DNA of 64,000 nt from Epiperipatus broadwayi. Lineage: Eukaryota > Animalia > Onychophora. The stretch spans positions 9,052,001 through 9,116,000 of the forward strand of contig JAQFVV010000006.1 of assembly GCA_028023455.1 (NCBI GenBank). The letters are read 5' to 3'. The notes under the pieces are model-generated. The model saw only the letters and a list, made by a program, of their open reading frames with translations, made no database searches and was not told where the DNA came from. Positions 53,200-62,759 of this stretch are shown here, piece by piece (the first letter of the stretch is position 1; each line of letters starts with the position of its first letter). The position numbers and the translations under genes are program-made.

Positions 53200-54700
53200 A
53201 TATTCATGGATAAATGATGATTTCATATTATTATTAATTTCGGGATATTCTATGTAGTAAAATAGCTAAATAGCTGATGTTTTCGTACAATAACAAGTAC
53301 CTTCCTCAGAGCGTTCTCTTTCTCAACTCATAGGAATGCATGTACTTAAATTCTATTGGTTGAGAAGTTTTAAAATTTATTTTGTCTTCCAATAGCTTCT
53401 TCCAAATGTTGTTCACACCTTTCATTTATGCTCTTGGGCCTTTTAAAAATCTCTATAGCTTCTCTTAGCAATCTCTGGTCATATTGTTCAATTTTTGCTA
53501 GAATATTTGTTTTATCAAAATTGATATCATGATTAGTTAATTTTATATGAGAATAAATAGCTGATGAATTGGATTTTTCTCTGACTGCCAAAATGTGTTC
53601 TTCCTTTCGAATATTTATTCTACGATTAGTCTGTCCAATATATATATGTGAACAGACCCTACATGGAATTTCATATACACCATGATACTCCAAAGAAATT
53701 TTATCTTTAGGAAGTGGAAATATTTCATTAATTTTTTTAAAAGTAGTGTAAACTGTGTGAACATTATTATTCTTTAAAATGTTACCAATTTTATCAGTTA
53801 CTTCTTTTATATATGGCAAACGTGTCTTAATTTCTGATGTATCAAAATCTTTTTTTTCTTTTTATATGTATAAGCCCTATTAATAATGCTGTAATTAAAA
53901 CCATTATCAAGAAGCATTTTTTAGTAGCAGAAATATCCTGGAGAAAATGGCTATCATCAGAAAGTCTCTTAGTTCTATCCAACAATGTCGTGCAGGATGG
54001 TGATAAGAATAAAAATGTAGATACGTCCCAGTGTGTGCTGGTTTTTTATGTATACCATGAGATAAAGAACCATCTTCCCTTCTTTCAATTAAAACATCTA
54101 AAAAAGGTAATTGGTTATTATTTTCTATTTACATAGTAAATCAGATATTGTTGTGTAAAGTTTAAAAAATTATAAAAAGGCAACAAGAGCATGCTTTCCA
54201 TGAGGCCAAATAACAAAGGTATCATCAACATATCTCAGCCATATAGATGGTTTTTTTAACTGCTGAAGTCAAAAGTTTATTTTCCAAATCCTCCATAAAA
54301 ATATAAGCTAATGCTGTAGAAATTGGTGAACCCATGGCTAGACCTGATGTTTGTTTATACATCTGCCCATCAAAAACAAAAAATGTATTCGATAAGCAGT
54401 GTTCAATCAAAACCACAGCAAAATTAGGTAATTGAATATTTTTTAAAACTTAAATAGCTTCATTTACAGGTACACTAATAAAAAATGAAACAATATCAAA
54501 ACTGACCAAAATATCATTCTTAGTCAATTTAATATCCCGGATAAGTTCAAGAAAATGATTGGCATCTTCAACATATGATGACATTTCTGTTAAATGTGGC
54601 AGTAAAAAAGAAGTCTAAAACGAGCTAGTGTCTGAACCAATTGCACTTACAATCGGTCTCAATGGAATATCTGGTTTGTGAATTCAATATTAATCTAATT
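53200..54700 (-). mobile_element. Decayed Penelope-like retroelement (RT plus GIY-YIG)
   Basis: [79 protein letters not shown]. May extend further upstream. Confidence 0.95.
53273..53312 (-). ncRNA. Minimal hammerhead in the PLE 3' terminal repeat
   Basis: GCT-CTGAGGA-AG-GTAC ttgttatt GTAC-GAAA-ACA-TC-AGC, ~60 nt downstream of the GIY-YIG stop at 53370. Confidence 0.7.
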
Positions 54701-55856
54701 GTGCATGCGTGAAGCCCTCCACAAGATTAAATACATATATATATATAATACTTTGAGATTAATTATCTCGCAATTGTTACAACAGATAATTGAAATGCCT
54801 TTTAGCCATAGCATAAAAAAAACAATTTTTTATAAGACAAGAACTACCTGTCTTCTCTCCTGCTCTCATTTTCTTAAATAGAAGAATATCTGAAAAACTT
54901 AGGCTATAAAAAATGAATATTTAATTCAATCACAAAATTTATTTTAAATTTACTGATATCACTAATTGACATATTAGTTTTCAGGTTATATTATCTATTG
55001 TTTTTCGATGAATGGTTAGAAGTAGAAGCAGTATTTTTTCTATTTACTCTACTTCCAGAAATACCTATTATAAGGTTGTAAAATCAAATGATGTTTCATG
55101 ATCAGTTTTTCTCTGGAATACAGAGGAAATTGAATGAATTGCTGCTACTAAAGCAGAGGTTGAAAGTAAAGAAACTCAGGTGATGTTTACAATATGTGGC
55201 TCTGTAGTAGGATAGCTAAAATAAATTACTGCTACTAATGCAGATGGTGAAAGTAAACAGAAAGTTATGTGAGATTTACAGTAGGTGATTCTGCAGCAAA
55301 GTATGTACGGTAAATTACTGTTCTTAATGGGATGGTTAAAGTAAGCAGAGGAAATCACGATGCTTTGTAGCTGTTATGTGAATATGTTATTCAGAAATAA
55401 TTTTCAATAAAATAAAGCCATCTTTAAGGGTATTTTTATCCATATGTAGTTAAAATGGCATTTAATTGATTTTTTTTGTTTAAATGGTTTATTCATATTT
55501 TTAGCTTTTCAATTATATACCAATGTTCTAAGTACACTAATGCACAAAGGAAATGTGAACAAGTATAATTTTGAAGTTTTGTTATATACATCCAGAAAAG
55601 AGCTCCATTTGCAAATGATTAACGATTGGGAATGTACAGATATAGAATCAGCTGTTAATTTGATTATACAAAAATGTCACGTAAGTTTATTACATTGTGT
55701 AGATATGACGTTGTTTTTATAATTATAATTTAAAAGTATAAATAAAATCTGTAATGATAATAAACCTTTCAATGTACTGTATTTATAAATTTTACTTTTT
55801 ATTATTAATGTTGTAAACTATTAGGAATTTTAAACTTCTCTCTCGATATTATAATA

Positions 55857-56100
55857 TATATATAATTAAAAACGTGTGAAGCGCTTGAAGGAGAAACTAT
55901 AGAGATTCAAAAAATATTAAACGCTAAGCGCTTTCAATGCCGTTTGCCTCATATTCATAGCGATAATGCGAAATGCAGCCTCATATTCATTATCGCTATG
56001 AATATGAGGCAAACGGCCTCGAAAGCGCTTAGCATTTAATTTTTTTTGCACTCTCTATAGCTTCTTTTTCAAGCGCTTCCCACGCTTTTAAATTTATATA
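55857..56100. repeat. Fold-back (arms ~110 bp) carrying A3-U8 hammerhead motifs
   Basis: 55857-55968 is the reverse complement of 55988-56100. The spacer partly repeats gcctcatattcat. Confidence 0.9.
55995..56033 (+). ncRNA. Minimal hammerhead with A3-U8 core
   Basis: GCT-ATGAATA-T-GAGGC aaacg GCCTC-GAAA-GCGC-TT-AGC; palindromic helix III AGCGCT. The mirror copy at 55922-55962 (-) has helix II damaged. Confidence 0.65.
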
Positions 56101-56130
56101 TTATTAATGTTATGTAAATAAACATACCTT

Positions 56131-56304
56131 AACGTTTATAAAATTGAAACTAAAATAACTGTAACACCCGGTGAGTTGTGTATAAACTAACAATCGTCCA
56201 TCAATAAACGAATTTTATTTGTTCGTTACATTGTCCGGTGATTATTAGTTTATAAATAGCTCACCATGTGTTCCAGTTACTTCCGTTTCAATTTTATTAA
56301 CGTT
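56131..56304. mobile_element. MITE, same TIR family as 43689-43851
   Basis: aacgtttataaaattgaaac...aataactg / cagttacttccgtttcaattttattaacgtt. Confidence 0.65.
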
Positions 56305-56765
56305 ATACATATAAGTTATCATTTTAAACCTTTAATATATGACTCTGGGGCAGATAAACATAATTGTTTCTAAAATTTTACTTAAATTGTGAAGTTTTTT
56401 GATGCATATCACTCTCCCCAAAATACAAAATGGAGTCACTAAAATATAAGTTACTGGCATACTATAAAATCTTTTATAAATATGGCTTAGCTTAAAAGCT
56501 GTAGGATGTTTTAAATGTTAGATGTTATCTTGATAGTAAAAAAGAAATAAAAAATTGCTGCTAATTATAAAATATCTTCAAATTCCTTATTTACAAAGCC
56601 TATATTTGTCTGGAGATGAGAACATGAAATAGCATTTTCATCCTGTATTCTAGCTTAAAATAGCATTTTCTTCCAGTATTCTAGCTTAAAATAGCTGGTT
56701 TTAGAATAGAATAAGGAGCATTGCTTCTAAAGCTTATATTTAATGTAAGGATATAAAGTCATATG

Positions 56766-57575
56766 ATAAGATTCCATCTTTATTGTTAAAAGGGTGTTGC
56801 CTTGACAACAATTTGAAATTTGTTAATTGATATTGATACTGGAATTGTTTAAGTGATGACTGGTTTTTAATGATTACTTATAAAACCATTTAGCCTTGAG
56901 CATTATTACATTTATTATTTAAGTAATACTTTGGATGCATTTGAAAATTATAATTGCATGTTGTAATGTTATAAATGACTATTTATTAATCTGCATTCAG
57001 AACAGATTATATTTACACGGTTATGAAGATTTATTTAAACTTTTTCCAATCAATAATTTCAATCTGATGTTGTCAAGTTGCAATCTTTAGTGTCTATATA
57101 AATATATTGGACTATAAGTAAAGGTGAGATTATACCTTTATTGTTAAAAGGAGGTTGCTTTGAGATCAGTTTGAGATTATTGATTGTTATTGATATTTGG
57201 ATTATCTAAGAGTTGACTGTTTTTTAATGATTGCTAATAAAACTTAGCCCAAGCATTATTACACTTATTATTTAAGTAGTACTTTGAGTGCAATTTGAAA
57301 ATTATAATTGCAGTTTGTAATTTTATATGTAACTATTTATTAGTCTGCATTCAGAACAAGTTATTCTTAGCTACTTAAGAAGGTTTATTAAAACTTCTTT
57401 GTATCAACAAATCTCTGTGATCAAGTTGCAGTTTTAGAGTCTATATAAATATATTGGACCATAAATATAGGTGGGGTTCCACCTTGATTGTTAAAATGAG
57501 GTTGCTTTGATAATAGTTTGAAATTGTTGATTGTTATTGATATAGGGATTGTCTAAGTATTGACTGCTTTTTAAT
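56766..57575. repeat. ~350-bp tandem repeat, 2.3 copies
   Basis: Anchor t(t/g)attgttaaaa at 56780, 57138 and 57485. Confidence 0.9.
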
Positions 57576-58445
57576 TTAAAATTTACAGTTAAGACTGAGC
57601 ATCAGATTTATATAGCTATGCAGGCAATTAAGTTTGGGTTCAAACTTTAAGGTGATTTGAGTTTTAAGCTATTTTGATATGCCTTGTGCAATTTTATTGC
57701 AATTGGTAGTGTCCAACTTGAGATTAGGAAATTTCAGGATTGCTCCTGAGCGTTTTTTTTTCTATTTTGATATTATAAAAAGATAAAAAGTGGCTGCTTG
57801 ATATGAATGCATTGCTTTCACAAATCTTCATCGATAAGATCCAATGCTTAAAATCTAATATGTGGATGTGCATATAATGGCACAACTATCTACGGCTGTT
57901 AAATATAATGCAACGAACTACTCTTAAAAAAGTAAGCTGAGAAAGTCATGTGATAATTTTTCATCATTATGTACATTTGCATAAGTACATTTGCATAAAA
58001 GAAGAAGTTTGTTGACATCTGGAAAATAATAAGATTACAAAATATAAACAGCCAAATATGATAATCTAATTAACTATTTAAGATATATTCATAATATTTA
58101 GGCTAAAGAGTTTGAATCACTTCAATATGATTCATATATATTTTTAAATCACTTGGACGTTCAAGAATTTTTTAATTTTTGAGTAATTTGGCCATATATT
58201 TGGTATGATATTATAATTACAATAGCAAAGTCTCAAACTCTTTATACAATAGTGTGCCCCAATGCAAGATGTAGTAATCAATGGATGTAAGAATGTTTGT
58301 ATATAAAATTCCTACCTAGTGCCTACTCATTCAATATTTCCATACTAGTTTCTAGCTTGTAGCTTTCATCAGAGTGGAGACTTGAGAGCACTCTTAGGAT
58401 CTACTGAAAATCTCCAGCAGCCTCGTTTTACTTATTTAGTTAAAT

Positions 58446-58845
58446 ATAGGGTATTTGAACTCAGACTTTCAAGCGCCCACCAACAATCCACACTATTTCA
58501 TACAACTGACATACATGACCACACACATGTATAAAAGATAAATAATCATCAATATCCGTATTTCATGCTAAACCAGGATTCATCAGTTGGTCCAGATTAT
58601 CATCTCTCTCTCTCACACACACACACACGCGCGCGCACACACACATATATATATAAACTGAGCACTGATTATATATATATATGGGAGATGATAATCTGGA
58701 CCAACTTATAAATGCTGTTTTAGCATGAAATATGTATATTGGTGATTATTTATCTTTTCTACATGTGTGTGGTCATGTATGTCAGTTGTATGAGATAGTG
58801 TGGATAGTTGTTGGGTGCTTGAAAATCTGAGTTCAAATCCCCTAT
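58446..58845. mobile_element. Family A inverted pair separated by a compound microsatellite
   Basis: The left arm (minus-sense, HHR 58548-58591 with intact CTGATGA/GAAA) and right arm (plus-sense, degenerate core CTTATAA at 58700-58743) flank (TC)n(AC)n(GC)n(AC)n(AT)n. Confidence 0.9.
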
Positions 58846-59167
58846 ACTTACAATTAATTCCAGGTTTGTGAAGAGTGCCTGGTTTTCAAATAGTTATTTA
58901 GATAACTATAAAACTATGATCCCAAGATGAAAACACAATGTTTTCAATCCAAGCTCATTCACATGTATAGTCATATAGATCTGAACTCAGTTCAGCATCT
59001 ATAGATTTTGATGTTTTTGGTTTTTTAAAAACCATAGTCATCCTCTAGGCAGTTTTGGTAAAAGCATGCAAATGATGATTATATGATGATATAAAATTAA
59101 TACACCTTTGTTTTATTCTAGATATTTGGGTTTTTTAACTATAAAGTAAAATAAAAATGAAAAACTA

Positions 59168-59271
59168 GTCAAGCATTGGTGGTCGAGAAGTCAGTGACAG
59201 CTGCTTTACAAGCAGTTGTCCCAGGTTAGCGGGTTTGCTTCCCTGCTGATGCTATGACACACGAGAAAAAA
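59168..59271 (+). mobile_element. tRNA-like SINE
   Basis: gtcaagcattggtggtcgagaag...gctgatgctatgacacacgagaaaaaa. 11-bp TSD atgaaaaacta at 59157-59167 and 59272-59282. Confidence 0.85.
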
Positions 59272-59586
59272 ATGAAAAACTACAGAAAAACAATACATGA
59301 CAGTTGTAATACCTTTTTATTTACTGGTTATTTTTGGGAAAAGTATAGAGATACCTTTCAATGCAACAGCTATGTAAAAGCTAATTATAAATGTCATATT
59401 TCAAAGATACTTTTTAAACAATTAGAATATTAACATAAGTGAAAAAGCAAATTCCAACAATCACTTTATAAACATGAAATTGTTAAATATATATTTGCAT
59501 ATAAATTTAAATTGTTTTTGAAGATTAAATATCTACTTTTTACTTCTATTAAGTGTTTAGTACATAGATAAACTTTGAATTCTTTT

Positions 59587-59695
59587 TTTTTCATATGTCA
59601 TAGCATCGGCGAGAGGCGAACCCGCAACAACCATCTGCAACCAACTGCTTGCTTGCAAAATGGCTGCACTGACTTCTCAGCTAACAACACTTGAC
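59587..59695 (-). mobile_element. tRNA-like SINE
   Basis: Same family. 17-bp TSD aaactttgaattctttt at 59570-59586 and 59696-59712. Confidence 0.9.
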
Positions 59696-59769
59696 AAACT
59701 TTGAATTCTTTTAAATAACACAGATGACATAGTTCAAATAACATACCATTGATGAGTTATTTATTCGTG

Positions 59770-59893
59770 TTTATTTGTAATAGTTATTAGGGATTCACCT
59801 CTCCCCACACATGTGCTGTATGAGTTTATAACACGTTATAAATTCATAGAGCACATGTGTGGCAGGTGATTTCCTAATAATGTTACAAATAAA
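59770..59893. repeat. Near-loopless palindrome (~60-bp arms)
   Basis: Centre tttataac-ac-gttataaa; arms cacacatgtgct / agcacatgtgtg and ttattagg / cctaataa. Confidence 0.9.
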
Positions 59894-61519
59894 TATGGTG
59901 CTAAATAAATAAATAAATAATTATATATATTTAATATTATATCTAATACTAATATGCAATAAATTTACAAATGTTATTTATTAATATGCAATGAATGGAA
60001 TTAAAAGTGATTGGTTGAATACTTTTATGCTCTCATTTCTAGATGCTTAAGATTTTCTTATATATTGAAACAGACATGTTGTTTCACATATATAATTTGA
60101 AGTTTTTCACCCCCACCCCCCAATTAAAAAACTGTTGAGATTAAAATAAAAACTGATATAGTTTTCGATGTATAAAAGTTAAAGAAAAGAAATATAAGGA
60201 TGACAGCGATTTAAAATCGATAATTTAAGATATTAAAATTGCCATTAAAATGTAATATTTTGTGAAAATTTAATGTTTCAGATTTTTAAAAAAAGAAGGC
60301 TGTAATTAATAACTAATTAAAAAAATGTGAGCATAAAGGATCAAAAGATGTTTTTCAAAAACATCAGATAAATGTTATTAGAATTTGTTCCCACTAAAGT
60401 GGATGGCCAATAACAATGGAAATAAACACATGGGCCTCAGAGGAAGACCATAATCACTTATGTAATTGGTGTTAGATCAATCTGAAGGAGAATTGATAAG
60501 AAAAGCATGAGAAGATAAATAGGGGAGTAGATATTAATTGCTTCAGGAGATTTTTTAGCAGAAGCATTGTTAGAAAGCATCAAGACTGTTATTAGTGGAC
60601 TAGTGAAATCCAGATTATATGAATACCAGCCCAACAAAGGATGGAGCACCATGAGTAATAAAAACAACCTGTAACTACTACAAAAATGAAAAAACAAATT
60701 ATTAAAATGGAATATCTTCAAATGTCTGGCTAAATAGGAAACAGCTTTTCTCTCTCCTCTGTCACCTGGTTCAGCTATGAAGTAAAATAAAAACAAGGGC
60801 TGTGAACTGACCATCGACCCATTAGGCTCTTGGATCACCCTTTATTAATTGGAAAAGTTATGGAGAACTGCCAACAGATGAAGATTCAGGTAAGGAAATT
60901 TGTACACCTTTTATAATACTTGAAAATATTTTGTAAAAGTATTCCTTAAGCTAAATTATAAAATAATGAAATGTTACTTTTTAAACTGATTGATTGTAAA
61001 ATAATACAAAAGGAAATATATTTAAAAATGGAACACATTGGAGTAATAGGTGAATTGAAAATATTTTGTAAGATGTGTTTACTAAAATAATTTATGATTT
61101 ACTGAAATGTCATTTTCTGGGTCGATTGATTATAAAATAATGCAAAATCAAAACATGTTTATTTTAAATGACTAATTTTTATGTGGAGCATTCTGGAGTA
61201 ATAAGATGATCTATGCGTTATTAAAAGATGAACTGAAGATGCAAAAAAGATTTTGCTAATCTGAAAATAATTCTATACTGAAATTCATACTAATTTGTAT
61301 CTGCATAAATGAAATTATTGATTATGGAAGTGACGTTTATTATTTTACAAAATGCATTGATAGAATGAATTAAATCTGAATCCACACACACATAAATTAA
61401 GGAAATGTTTATGTAAGTGAATAAAAAATTATAGGTTACAAATTGATATATTGTATACAGGAATAATGATGAATATGTACCCACATACCTGAATAAATAA
61501 TAATAAAATACTTCCAATT

Positions 61520-61920
61520 AATGACTCCAAATCACACCTATATGATGAGTAAGTGGTTCAAACCCACACCGGTGTAATATGTTATAAAATAATGACTCCA
61601 AACCGTACCTATATGATCAATAAGTGGTTCAAACCCATACCAAAATAATATGTTATATAACAATAAAATACTATCAAATAATGACTCCAAATCGCACCTA
61701 TATGATGAGTAAGTGGTTCAAACCCACATTTGGATAATATGTTAAATGAAAATAAAGTACTTCAAAATAATTACTCCAAACCATATATGTGTAAATGGTT
61801 CAAACCCACACCAGTATAATGTTATATAAAAAATACTATCAAATAATGACTCCAAATTGCACCTATATGATGAGTAAGTGGTTCAAATCCACATTTGTAT
61901 AATATGTTCAATGAAAATAA
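61520..61920 (+). repeat. Minisatellite of 70-90-bp units, each with GGTTCAAA(C/T)CC
   Basis: Motif at 61555, 61626, 61715, 61797 and 61880; aatgactccaaa starts each unit. Confidence 0.9.
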
Positions 61921-61921
61921 A

Positions 61922-62445
61922 GGTACTTCTAGATATCTGGATAAAACAATTGCTTCTATCTGCCTGGATAAAACAAATGTTTCTGTATACCTGGATAGAA
62001 TTAATTGCTTCTATATGCCTGGATAAAACAAATGTTTCTGTATATCTGGATAAAGCAAGTGCTTCTAGATAACTGGATAAAAACAAATACTTCCATATAT
62101 CTTGATAAAGTCAAATATTTCTATATACCTGGATAAAGCAAATACTTCTAGATATCTGGATAAAAACAAATACTTTTACGTACCTAGATAAATCAGATTC
62201 TTCTGTATACCTGGATAAAAACAAATACTTTTATATACCTGGATAAATCAGATTCTTCTGTATACCTAGATAGAATCAAGTGTATTTCTTCTAGATACCC
62301 AGATAAAAACATATACTTCTTTGTACCTGGATGAAATTAAGTGCTTCTAGATACCTGAATAACCTGGATAAAAACAAATACTTTTAGATACCAGGATAAA
62401 ACAAATACTTCTAGATACCGGGATAAAACAAATACTTCTATACAT
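61922..62445. repeat. ~26-bp minisatellite (tacctggataaaacaaatacttctaga-like), about 20 copies
   Basis: ctggataaaa and variants recur every ~25-28 bp. Confidence 0.95.
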
Positions 62446-62664
62446 GTGGATATGTATCTATGCAGATGAGGGAACTTCAAACCAAGAAGGACATTTCCCA
62501 CTCAGGAATAATGTGCACATGGATATGAAGACAGCCAGAAAAGAGACTGTCAACAAACTTTTTCTTCTTCTTCTTTAAGAACTTTATACTGAATATTATA
62601 AAAACAAAAAATACTTAATTGTATATTAATTAGAGAAAATATAACTTACTATTAAAAATTTTTC

Positions 62665-62705
62665 GGCTGAACATTTTCGAGGAACCATGCCTCATACTCA
62701 TAGCC
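62665..62705 (-). ncRNA. Minimal hammerhead with A3-U8 core in the 3' end of the intact PLE
   Basis: GGCT-ATGAGTA-T-GAGG catggtt CCTC-GAAA-ATGT-TC-AGCC: 4-bp helix I, 4-bp helix II, near-palindromic helix III AATGTT, UUC site; ~55 nt after the ORF stop. Confidence 0.75.
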
Positions 62706-62759
62706 TTCATGAAAAGTGTAATAAATATATGCAAATGTAAATATTCAAATAAGCTACTG

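Noticed and set aside
61922-62445. CRISPR-like array
   Set aside because: Adjacent degenerate units without spacers; a minisatellite.
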